Shown here: one piece after another, positions 37,680-49,165 of the stretch
Layout of the letters: each line of letters begins with the position of its first letter
Numbering within the stretch: the first letter of the stretch is position 1
Assembly (NCBI GenBank): GCA_030265395.1
Contig: JARFYF010000112.1
Location: 60,885,582-60,949,581, forward strand
Source of the DNA: Rhina ancylostomus
Taxonomy: Eukaryota
Direction of reading: 5' to 3'
Length of the DNA stretch: 64,000 nt
Notes under the pieces: model-generated
Database searches by the model: none
The model's input: the letters and a program-made list of their open reading frames with translations, nothing else
Told to the model about the DNA's origin: nothing
Translations under genes and position numbers: made by a program

Positions 37680-38350
37680 GAAGGAGCATTTCCATCCTAC
37701 AGTGCTTTTCATGTTTTTCCTGATATCCCAAAACATTTCAAGGCCAATTAAGTATTTTGTGAAGTAGAGTCATTGTTATAAAGGATGCAGGCACAGCAGT
37801 CAAATCACACATTGCAATGAGATAATTTTCTGGATACGGGCTGCCCCCAGGTAATGGACAGGTTCCATTTCTACAGACGTCTACAAATCGATTTTGTCTG
37901 AAAGTCAACAAAATCATCGATATGATAACCATACCTCCACAGTGTTGTAGTGAATGGCATTAAAACCACATAAGACTGATAAGAAAGAACAACTAATAAA
38001 AGTGGAACAAATATGTGTTTGTTCCTTTAATAGGAACAAACGCATGTGCGTACAATGGACTTCTGAATTTAATAATATTATGGTAGCTTGTCGAATATGC
38101 AGGAGTATCAATAAGTTGGGAATTCGTAACCTGCTTTGAGGCTATCAGTTGAGGAATAAATATGGGCTGGAACACTGAGAAGATAACTTTGTTCTTCTTT
38201 GAATATTATCATGAGTGTCCACAAGAGGGATCAGATATGTCCTCAGTTTAACAAAGCATTTCTGACAATGCAGCACTTCCTCAGTACCACATTGGAGTAA
38301 CATTCTAGACTATCTATTTTTTTCTTTTCTCTTGGGTGGAGATTGAAATC
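37680..38350 (-). mobile_element. DeuSINE/SacSINE1-like element in two halves (37680-37830, 38140-38350)
   Basis: Tail half and Deu-domain half (gttgaggaataaatatgggc...tctgacaatgcagcacttcctcagtacc) are separated by ~310 bp of other sequence. Confidence 0.55.
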
Positions 38351-38482
38351 ACTTACTTGACTAAGAGTGTTAGTGTTGACACTGTTCCAGAACTGTATAT
38401 TTGGACAGCTAAAATATTAATCCAATGAATGTTCATGGAGGACAAAACACAAGAATTTAGCCCTTGTGATTAAAATGTAGTA

Positions 38483-38764
38483 CAGGTGACCTCCATGTTA
38501 CAGGGGGTGGGGTAGAGGGTGTTGCATTCCTAGAAAACAGTCCGTATCACAATTTTCTGTGTTGTGAAACCACACCATCTGCACATGCATCATGCCAATG
38601 CAAGTCAAAAAAAATAAATATTGTGTTTATTTATTTGCTTTTTTTCACATAAGTTTTGTATGTGCAAATTCTTATACAATATCACAGATTTTTAGGTAGT
38701 GACTTGTGAATTCTGTGAAGGTTAATTTCTGTTAACCTTCCTGCTGTAATGGATGGGTCACCTG
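38483..38764. mobile_element. Tc1/mariner-superfamily (pogo/Tigger-like) MITE with TA TSD
   Basis: TA|CAGGTGACC-TCCAT..TTACAG ... CTGTAATGGATGGGTCACCTG|TA. Confidence 0.8.
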
Positions 38765-41032
38765 TACCGTATCTGCTAAAACATACATATTTACTTTAAT
38801 CAGGTTAAATGCAGATCCTATCACTTTCATGAGGATAAACTTGACTGTGACTTTTCCAACAAAAGTATATATTTGTGGACATTTGGCATGAGCTAAATAA
38901 ATCATCCCTGCTACATATCACATCATGATTAGATTGTATTAGGAAATCACAATAAAATACTTCCCAACTAATGTAATGGCAATCAGATTAGATTTTGTCA
39001 ATCTTTTGAAATCAAGTATCATGTCTACACTGCAGCAACATGACAGTAATCAGTCAACTTAGAGAAAATACTGAAATATCTCCAAAAAGCATGAAGGTAC
39101 TAATCTGTAAATACAAATCTCCGAAAGCCACATTTCACAATTGGTAGCTTGATTGAGCAAATCAAAAATATGGAGAAACCTTGGGGGAAATGGAAAATCA
39201 TATTTCATTTAACATTTAGACAGAAGTCATTATGCATTGTAAGTCATGGGCAACATCATACATATCCAGCTCTCTACCTTCTCTTTACACAGATAAATTG
39301 ATTTTCTTTCCTGCTATTTGATCATCACTTTGAACAATCTGGGTGATTTCAGCCTTTGTTGCAAGATTTAAACATTCTATTTACTCAAACACATTCAGCA
39401 TAAGTTCTTTTTTTATGTTATATATTCCAAAGCACAGCATATGCCTTTCACATATGCTACTTATAGAAAGAAAGCTAATGAATCTTGGTATGTGGTGACA
39501 GAAGTTTTGAGGCCAGTAACCAAAATAAAAGTCCCATCTAAGCAGAGTTATAAGGAACTCCTTTACCTTTTAGCTCTGTTCTGATAGTCAAAGGGTGACG
39601 AGCTAGAATGATAAAATCTTTTATTCTAAACCATAGTCAATTTCTTAAGTGTGGCTACTTGGACCTCAAAGCAAGCAGAACTTCATTTGCCTATTCAGTG
39701 TAATCATGCACAATAATTTCTATGTACACATTGATATTCAGCATCAATCTTAATTTATGAAGAGTAAATTCTGTTTGATCCTGGATGCCGGCCAAGGGAA
39801 GCTAAACTGAGTAGTGGTCCAGCTCACAGCAGTTAGTTACATTTGGGAATCATTTTGAAAAACCCCAGAAAGACCAATGTACATCATGTGCCAGCTGCCA
39901 TTGACTTCACAATATGCTCAATTACTGGATGTTTAGCCATCGCATCAGCATTGTGTGGGATGTTGTAAAGAGAGCACTAGTATATGAAATCTGGCTGTGG
40001 CGTGTATTGAAAAAAACATGTAATAATGAAAAGTATGATTGAACAAAATCTTAAAAAGTCTTGTATCATGCTCCTGATTTCTGGCATTTTTGTCCTTACA
40101 ATTAGTACTTAAGGCATGAATCTGTAATTACACGAAGACCATTTAAAGTCTGGTTTAAAGATGCATATTGTAGACAACGTTTGAAACTATTGCACTTGTT
40201 ATACACAGAGACTCTGAACCACATTTAGGTTTTTAGACCGATGTTTTATTCAGTGCAGAAACAATGCCAGATAAAGTGATTTTTCTTATCAAAATATCTA
40301 AGCTTATGCCCTTCAAGTGTAATCCTTTAATATCTGAGCTGGTTTGTTTGACTCTAAGGATATTCATGCATCAGTTTTGGAGTCTAATTTTGAGGAGAAG
40401 AAGATACCAACCAGCCAAAACGTCATGGTTGTTCAGCAGTATTCACCAAGGATGATGTGGTTATAACTTAAATGTGGAGTCCAGCAAACAGTGTTCATTT
40501 CACCAGGTTTGTTTAGTTAGATCAAGTAATGCCTGNNNNNNNNNNNNNNNNNNNNNNNNNNNNNNNNNNNNNNNNNNNNNNNNNNNNNNNNNNNNNNNNN
40601 NNNNNNNNNNNNNNNNNNNNNNNNNNNNNNNNNNNNNNNNNNNNNNNNNNNNNNNNNNNNNNNNNNNNNNNNNNNNNNNNNNNNNNNNNNNNNNNNNNNN
40701 NNNNNNNNNNNNNNNNNNNNNNNNNNNNNNNNNNNNNNNNNNNNNNNNNNNNNNNNNNNNNNNNNNNNNNNNNNNNNNNNNNNNNNNNNNNNNNNNNNNN
40801 NNNNNNNNNNNNNNNNNNNNNNNNNNNNNNNNNNNNNNNNNNNNNNNNNNNNNNNNNNNNNNNNNNNNNNNNNNNNNNNNNNNNNNNNNNNNNNNNNNNN
40901 NNNNNNNNNNNNNNNNNNNNNNNNTACTCCTTTTCTTCCAAGCAAGGTATAAAAATAGCCCAGGAGAATACAGGAAAAAACTCTTTGTTACTCTATCCTA
41001 TCATACACGTTAGGTGACCTAGAAGACTGAGC

Positions 41033-41163
41033 CAGTCCTGGTGAAGGGTCTTGACCTGAAATGTCGACTGACACTTGCCCTCCACAGATGCTGCCCGATC
41101 CGCTGAGTTCCTCCAGCATTTTGTGTGTTCCAGATTCCTGTGTCTGCAGTCTCTTGTGTCTCC
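41033..41163 (+). mobile_element. Penelope-derived short element with the best-preserved minimal hammerhead ribozyme fold
   Basis: CAGTC-CTGGTGA-A-GGGTC-TT-GACCT-GAAA-TGTC-GACTG (41033-41070), then the family body ccacagatgctgcc...ctgagttcctccagca...ctgcagtctcttgtgtctcc. Confidence 0.8.
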
Positions 41164-41384
41164 ATTTTCTTCCCCGAGTAGCTGAATTGCGCAGGCAAAG
41201 AAGGTCATACATTTGATCATTGGTGAGTTATCTGGTTTCAGTTTGCTGTGTTGAAGATGCAACAATAGACTGATATCTGCAGGTTACAGAGAAGATCAAT
41301 CAATGTGGTTGCTCCTGCTACATAAACAGCAGAAACGTTGAGGAAGCCTTGTAGCATTTTTGGAGATAAAATCATTCATGTGCC

Positions 41385-41502
41385 TTTGACCTGAATTGTT
41401 AACACTTTTTCCCTCTCCTTTGATACAGCCCAACCCACTGAATATTTCCAGCATTTTCTGATTAAATTTCAGAGTTCCAGCATCTGCAATATTTTATTTT
41501 TG
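41385..41502 (+). mobile_element. Older Penelope-derived copy
   Basis: ttgacctgaattgttaac...ctgaatatttccagcattttctg...ttccagcatctgca. Confidence 0.6.
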
Positions 41503-43369
41503 AGTACTTGCATCTGATTATACCAAGAGGAACCTCCTGGAAGTTAAAGGAGTTGATTGGTGGGCTTGTTGGTGCTTTCATGGCGACTAACTGAAAAGGT
41601 TTATAACTCAGCAATGATTACTTGGACTAGCTAATAGCGCTAGGAATAGATCAGAAAGTCAAAAAGATTAAACAATGTAAATCAAGAAATAACTGAAATA
41701 ATTATTTTGCATGGCGGGATAAGATTTGCGTTACTTGTATTCTTGGGGACTTCTCGGACACAACTAGACCAATTTTTAGTGACCATTGTACTTACTGTCT
41801 TGTAACTTAAGACTCCTTGATGTATTTCTCAGAAAAACCTTAAATGTTGATCTCCTTGCAGTGATTCAGGTGGTGTATGACTTCTATAAGCCACTTGACA
41901 TGCAAGGTTGCAACATGGGTATTCTCAGAGCTACTTTTATTTCATCTGCAGTTCTTTGATCACTCAATTGCTGAGGAACAGTGTCAGTAAACCAGTCAGT
42001 CAGCAATTACTTAAGGTTTTTCAATAAGTTGTTGGTAGTCACATCCAAAGACTGAAACAGTGCATTGCATGATACAATAACAAAATGAATATGCACCCTC
42101 ACTGTCACTATTGCACAGCACAATATCCATGGTCTGTTTCAAAAGGGTTATAATCAGAATGACATGATATTTGTTTGGTAGTTCATTCTGATTCTTATAT
42201 CTTCATTTTGCTGCAATATGTTAAGTTTTCTAATGAAAAATCGCCCAGCTTATTAGCCAATGCCAGATGGTACATGGGTGTTCTGTCCTAATACATGATC
42301 TATGGAGTAAGGAAATACCCTAGCAAATCATTAAGACATAGACCTTGCTATCCACTCATCCAATCTCAATCAACTGTACTCACCATAACATATTTGTCAG
42401 ATGGTACCTTGCACACAATTTTAACAGATACTGCAAATGATTTTTTTTCTGTCCAGCTGGATCTTTGAAATTAATGAGAATCCTAGCCTTAAGTGATTCA
42501 ATATTAAAGTACTTTCTATGCATCTTCTTTTTCCTTTATGTTGCATGTGCCCCATTAACTTGTAGTTGGAAAGCCCTTTAAAAATCATGCTCCTTTCAGC
42601 AGAACCTGATTTCACAATGCTTAAAACAACTTCATTGACTACCGTTACGTTCACCAAAATGGCTTAAGGGTGCAGTTTATATAGTCAAAAACCTGATGAA
42701 AAAGGGTTAGAAAATTAGGAGATGAGTTCAATTGTACTTTTTCAGATTCAGTTTGCATAGAAGGATTATGAATCTCTAGAGGTTTGCAGCCAATTCCATA
42801 CAACTTATCTTCCTTCTGTATTTTACATTATACCATTGCTCTGGTTTCAGTACATCAAGATCAACTACATACTTGTTAAATTGCTCATCTGATGTGAATG
42901 TTCCGTGTTCAGTTCTTGGTGGAAAATGACTAAAGTTACAGTTTCCTGAATCTCTCACAATGGAATTTCAACTATTTTCATTTGTGTGTCACTCGTAGAC
43001 TACAGATATCAGAATCAGACACCCTCAGGAATAACACTGAGCTCTTATTGTCCAGACTCTGTCAAGTAACCGTAGCTATTTGTTAAATACTTAGGGGACG
43101 TGGTGCAGGTTGCTTTCTGAAGGTAAGCACCCATCTCACAAATTGTTTTCTGTAGCTAGATATTATATCTTGAGCCTATAACCACTGTAAATCAAATGAA
43201 CCAGATGAAGAGCAAGTAGGAAATTATAAGAATGATTGCACTTGAAAGACTTTGGGATTATAATGTTTGTCACTAAACATTGTGTGAATCTAAACAATCA
43301 TGGTGTTAGAAAAGTCCAGCTGGATTAATACTAATAATCATACTTTATCAACAACTTATCCCCAAAGCA

Positions 43370-43590
43370 ACCTTGACCTCACCCTATCGGAGATATTCCC
43401 TTTGTCCTATCCACCACTTAGCGCCTTTCTGCAACTTAAAGCTAACTTATTTTTTCTCTTTCCCAGTTCTGACAATGTCTTTGACCTCAAATATAAACCG
43501 TTTCCCCTTCCACATTCATTGCCCAACCCATTGAGTGTACACTGAATGTTTTTTTATTTTTATTTCAGACTTCCAGCAACATTTTTTTGA
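43370..43590 (+). mobile_element. Longer Penelope-like 3' terminal (pLTR) remnant
   Basis: caccctatc..attccctttgtcc..ctgcaacttaaa..tttcccagttctgac..ttgacct..atttcagacttccagca. Confidence 0.55.
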
Positions 43591-44659
43591 TTTTTATGTG
43601 TCACTACTAAATTATTCAGTTAAATATAACATTGATGGTAAGTAAAATTAAAGTAATCCATTGCCTGCAGTAATTTGCCAGAAAGTTTAAACAGTGAGCA
43701 GGTAAATATTGTAAATATTGACCTGCAAGATTCTAATTCTGGCCCCTGATCTAAGTTAACACACATTAACTTGAGCAATAACAGTACTGACCACAAATGA
43801 AACTGGTGGCCTGGAGTTGAGAGAGGAAAGTCAGCCAGGCATTCTACTCATGACAATTATCCATTGGGCCATATGTGAATGTCAAATGAGGACAGAATTG
43901 GGCTTGATGAGACACATTTATGGTTGAACAGCTTGACAACGAGTTCCCTGAAGCTTCATTCTTCATTAATGGATATTTAGATAAATCCCTGGGGAGTTGA
44001 TTGGTACCCATGGATTATATCACAGTAAGGAACAGGTCACATCAAGCATATCACACCTTTCTTTCTACCTTCTTTGTGATGTGTTTGAGCATGATTTAAT
44101 ACAAATTTCATGGAAAACAATACTTAACTTCCAATTTTATTTTGTAATATTATTATACTAAAATAATATTACACTAAAATACTGTACTTTTTACACTATT
44201 GTATTATTATTGAGACAGAATCCCTAAACTATATCAAGTAACTCATGAATAAACACTGACAGTGAATATATCATCCTTATTTTTGTAAAGATTTCAGAAT
44301 GTATTGACACAAAAAGTATATCTAAAGAGGTAAAGGCAAAACCCATTTATATACTGAGATTTTAAACCCCTGCTGCAGACAGAATGTTTGTGAAACCGCA
44401 TCTGAGAATATTACATTGTTTGAGAAGCAGACGTTCCACATAGCTCTGCTGAACAATAGGATCACAATATAAATAAACATACACACACATATACAGAGAA
44501 AATTGTATATCCCATGCTAAAAGATAGATTATAGTCATTACCTATGAACAGAATAATAAGGCAATTTTGACCAAATACCAAAACATTGATAAGATAAGGC
44601 AAAATTGTTGTGAGACTAATCTGATTGAAACATAAAATCACACTATAAAAGCTTTTACA

Positions 44660-46500
44660 GATATGTAAAATGGAAAAGATTAGCAAAAGTTAATGTGGGT
44701 CTCTTACAGATTGAGACAGAAGAAATTAAATCAGGAAAGAGAAATTGCAGAGACATTAACCAAATATTTTGTGTCTATCTTCATAGCACAACCTCCAAGA
44801 AATAGTGAAGAAAAACAGGTGAAGGTGGAAATAGCAAAATAAAAGTACTAGAAAAAATTAATGAGACTGAAAGCCAATAAATCCAAAGGATCTGATAACT
44901 TGCATCCCAAGGTTTTGGAAGAAGTGGTTAAGGAGATAGTGGACGCACTAATTGTCATCTTCCAAAATTCCATTGATTCTAGGACATTTCCCATGGAACG
45001 GAAGGTAACAAATGTAACTTTACTGTTTAAGGCAGGAAGGACAAAGAAAAGGCAAGGGCTAGGTGATTTAGGGGTGACATGAAGATGAATATTTTTCACC
45101 CAAAAGGTTGTTTGAAATTTGGAACTTACTTCCTGTGGGGCTTGTGAAAGCAGGCACTCTCAGGACATTTAAGAAATATAACTTCAAAAAGGCCATGGAC
45201 TGAGTGATGAAAAATGTGCTGAATGTAGATAGGTACTTGAAGACCAGCACAGACTCAGTGGGCCAAAGGGCCCGTTTTGTGCTGTATGACTCTACAATTT
45301 ATAGCTCTAAATTAGAGAATGGCAGATTAGATAGCCCGATAACTGTAGTAGAAAAGTGCCAGAATATATTATTAAGTGAATGGTAACAAGGCAGTTGGAA
45401 AATAGTAATTGGATTGGGCAGAGTCAACATGAATTTATGAAAGGGAAGTCATATTTTGGCAAATGATTTTGTGTTTTCTGAGTTTGTAACTAGTTGAATA
45501 AGTAAGTTGGATGTGGTTTATTTGGATTTTCTGAAGGCCTCGAATGAAGTACCACAGAAAAGGTTATTAAACTATATTAGAACACAAAAGATTAGGGGTA
45601 ATATACTGGTGCAGATCGAGGATTAATTGATAAATGGGAATAAATGACACGTTTTTAGGTTGGGAGTTTTCACTGAATGATGCCATGACCCCAGCTGTTC
45701 ATAATCTATATTAATGACCTGGAATGACGTCCCAAGTATAATATATCCAAGTTTGCTGATTATAAAACGTTTTGTATTTTNNNNNNNNNNNNNNNNNNNN
45801 NNNNNNNNNNNNNNNNNNNNNNNNNNNNNNNNNNNNNNNNNNNNNNNNNNNNNNNNNNNNNNNNNNNNNNNNNNNNNNNNNNNNNNNNNNNAAGTTTGCT
45901 GATTATAAAACGTTTTGTATTTTTCAAATTGGAAGTGATTGAATAGCATTGGTGTTCAGAGGGGTCTAGATGTCTTTGTAAGCAAATCATTGGAAGTTAA
46001 CATACGAGTACAACAAGCAATGAGCAAAACAAATGGTATGTTGGACTTTATTGCAACAAATTTGAGTACACATGTGGAGACATTTTACCGCAATTATATA
46101 AAGGCCTAGCAAGAATACTGTGGACAGGTCTGGTCTCCATACCTGAGGAAGAATATACTTTCTCTAGAAGGAGTGCAACAAAGGCCCACCAGATTGATTA
46201 CTGGGATAGGAGCTCTGTCCTATGAGAAAAGATTGCAATCTTAAAATAAGGAACCGGCAGATGAGGACCAAATTGAGAAGAAGGTTAATGAATCTTTGGA
46301 ATTGTCTGTCCCAGAAGGCTATGGAGACTCAGTGGCTGAGCATATTCAAGACAGGGATCAATAGATTTTTGGGCATCAGGAGAATCACAGGAGTGGGATT
46401 AGTGGCACAGGGCCATAAAATTAGCCAGAGTCTTTTTGAATGACAGAGAAGGCACAAGGAGATGAACTGCCAAATTCATCTTTTATTTCCTATGTTCTTA
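44660..46500 (+). mobile_element. Decayed CR1 LINE ORF2 (RT) to 3' UTR, with a nested CR1 3' fragment at ~45050-45295
   Basis: ORF 44861-45082 (LKANKSKGSDNLHPKVLEEV..IVDALIVIFQNS), YLDFxKAF-like at ~45520, and a 3' end at 46400-46500. A second CR1 tail (gggccaaagggcccgttttgtgctgtatgactcta) interrupts it. Confidence 0.85.
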
Positions 46501-46904
46501 AACCTTAGGTTCAAATAATAGGGTTAAGATGGAGTCTTGAGTTTAATTTAGCCTGGTTTATGCAAAATGCATATTTTTCTGCCCCATCCTCACTCCACCG
46601 CTTTTTATAATAAACTGGAAGAGGAGCTCAGGCTAGGCAGGCAGTACCGGATGCAGCAGGAGAGATGGACTTGAGGATTAAGAAGGCTAGGAGGGCCATC
46701 AGTAACCATCCAGAGTATTCAGAGAGCAGTGGTCCTACATTCATATCACCTGAGACTGGTGCAAGAGGAGACTGTGCATTATCAAGCAGGTCATTACAGA
46801 TTCAGAGGTCACAGCACTTTCAGGACTGCATTGCTTTTGGCAGATACACTGTGGCACTTAACTTTTAAGGTACCAAAGCTTTCCAGGCAGTCCTGAATGA
46901 TTTA

Positions 46905-47180
46905 AGTGATACTTCACTGTCCTCCACACTTGTGCTGAGGGAAATATCTTGTGGCTATGTGCACTTTAAATAATGATTTTCATGCTCTTTTAGGGGGATA
47001 TAAAAGATCCCATGTATTATTTTGAAGAACATAGAAGTTAGCCCTGATGTTCTGGCTGATTCTGATTTCTCAAATTATGGTCATTGTCACACTGCTATAT
47101 GTGGGAGCTTGCTATCCACAACTTTCCGACTGCACCATCCGTGACAATATTTTAAGAGTGTTTAATTGGCTGTAAAGCAC
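46905..47180 (+). mobile_element. DeuSINE-like element inserted within the Harbinger fossil
   Basis: gtgctgagggaa..taaaagatcccatg.attattttgaagaa..tggtcattgtcacactgct.tgtgggagcttgct..ttaattggctgtaaagcact. Confidence 0.65.
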
Positions 47181-47504
47181 TGTCTGGGAAGGACCACAGT
47201 CTAGAATCCTGCCACCAACTGACACTGAGGGGCTGGGTCCTGTGTAACAGTCTCACAAAATGCTCCATGGATGTATTGTTTAAGGAGGAAACATGAATGG
47301 TGTGGACACATTATTAAAAAGAATCTATTAACTTGATGGAACAATGAATGTAGAGAAAGGTATGACCCAATTGTACTTCCTGTATATATTATGGATAAAA
47401 TATATTTTTGGAAAAGTGATTTGAGATGTCCTGAAAAGAACATGAACATGCTTAATAACTACAAGTCTTTCTTGTTTTGTATCATTCCACATTGCCACAG
47501 GAGA

Positions 47505-47633
47505 TCAGAGACAGAGGATTGCAGGATATGATGAAAAACACAATAATGCTGGAGGAACTCAGCAGGCCAGGCAACATGCCTGGAGAAAAGCAAGCGGTCA
47601 ATGTTTTGGGTCAGGATCCTTCTTCAAGACTGT
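47505..47633 (-). mobile_element. Penelope-derived short element (decayed hammerhead core on minus strand)
   Basis: Minus: cagtc TTGAAGA aggatc ct gaccc AAAAC attgacc. Body atgctggaggaactcagcaggccaggca. Confidence 0.7.
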
Positions 47634-48070
47634 AGGACTTGTCAGGATTGAGAAGATTCTTGATGGTCTAGAGACCATTGTCAGTATGCTTGTGGCCATA
47701 CAGATTCCTTATTTAAACTTAGAGATGTTCGGGAACAGAAAGGAATTTCACTTCGTCAGTGTACAGTTTGTCTGTGATCACCAGCAGCACATCATACAGG
47801 TGAATGCCTGCTGTTTTGGGAGCTGCCAGGATGTATCTTGTCCAGCAATCCTTGAGCATCAATGCAATTTGCTTAAGTGAGGTCGCTGATGATATCTCAT
47901 GTGATCCCAGTAGAAAATCCCTGAACAGCTAGGGGAGTGTTCAGTGAAAGCAGTACCAACAAGTATATTATTATGCAGGCTATCAGCATCCTCAAGCAGA
48001 TACTTGGATGGTTTCACGCAGAGGAGGTGTTCACCTTTGTTGTGATATGTTCAATGGCCTGTTAATTGTC

Positions 48071-48153
48071 AAAAAGGATGCTGGAGGAACTCAGTGGGTC
48101 AGGCAGCATCTGTGGATGAATGACGTTTTGGGTCGAGACATTTCATCTGGATC
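48071..48153 (-). mobile_element. Penelope-derived short element, truncated
   Basis: gatgctggaggaactcagtgggtcaggcagcatctgtgga..gacgttttgggtcgagacatttcatctgga. Confidence 0.75.
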
Positions 48154-48899
48154 GGTCAAGTCATCACCACCAGCGATCATGCCATGGGGTGAAACTCAGG
48201 AGCCACAAGAATGGGAGGAAGAGGAGGAGAAGGATAGCAGTCAGGGGGAGCACAGGGGCTTCTCACTGGATATACAACACATGGGAGGGATGGTGATTGC
48301 TGCGTATTTGGATAGTGCTTTTGAGACCCTTACTTCCCTGTCAAGTTCTGGAGCACCTTCAGCAGACATTGATCTTCCTTGGGACCATAAAGCAGTCCAT
48401 TGCTTAGATCCAATCATCTAACCTTTTCCCATGAAGGCCACAATAAAAAATGGACCACTATGATAAAAATCACTCTTTATTTACACAATCATGATGAAAC
48501 AATAGTGTTTACAATGCTAAACCATTCACTATGTGGCTTTTTAAGTGGCTATCATATAAGTGTTCATGCCTCTTCCCTGCTTAAAAGGAGGAGGAAGCAA
48601 GTGATGAGATTATATGGATCTTTGGAATGAAGTCAGTTTTTAGAGGCTAAAGAATCAGGAAAAAGCTTGCAGCTGTAAGGAAGCTGGAGTGACCATATGC
48701 CTCCAGGCGAGGTGCTTCACACTCTGCCTCTGGCTACAACATCTGTCGCCCAACATGATCACAACCAACAATGCTTCCTCAAGGGAAATGATGTCATGTA
48801 GTCAGACCTCTCCCACTGATCAGGTCTGTTGGCACCTGTTATGTGTCAGTTTCTCCTGGAAAAGAAAGAGTAGGGCCATAGCAGCATATTAGTTGCCTT

Positions 48900-49165
48900 C
48901 TTGGACTCGCAGTGAGCCTTCTTGTCCATTGATCCAGAGACATCAGTTCAAATTCCCCAATTGCAGGTGGGGAATTTAAATTCAGATAGGTAAATGAATC
49001 TGAAATTACAAAGTAACTGGTCTCAGTAATAGTGAAAATGAAACTACTGAATTGTTATAAACGCCCATGTGGTTCACTGTGTTTCAGGGATGAAAATATG
49101 TCATCCTTATCTACCTGGTCTATGTGTGACTCCATACGCACTGATATAGTTAATTCTTAACTGGA
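48900..49165 (+). mobile_element. tRNA-headed SINE (second family); reverse copy at ~59990-60240
   Basis: B-box-like agttcaaattcc. The blocks ggtctcagtaat..tggttcact..tatgtgtgactcca match the reverse complement at 60090-60210. Confidence 0.65.

Larger units (their letters stand above)
46700..48240 (+). pseudogene. Fragmented PIF/Harbinger DDE transposase (HARBI1-like) fossil
   Basis: 46711-46890 reads as RVFREQWSY..C.RRL..KQVIT / RTAL..TVALNF..AFQA. ORF 47686-47880 NRKEFHFVSVQFVCDH..IIQVNACCFGSCQD corresponds to the Harbinger NRKGxHSxNVQxVCD...PGSxHD motif. Later IxQAISILKQ and an acidic EWEEEEE tail follow. Confidence 0.75.
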
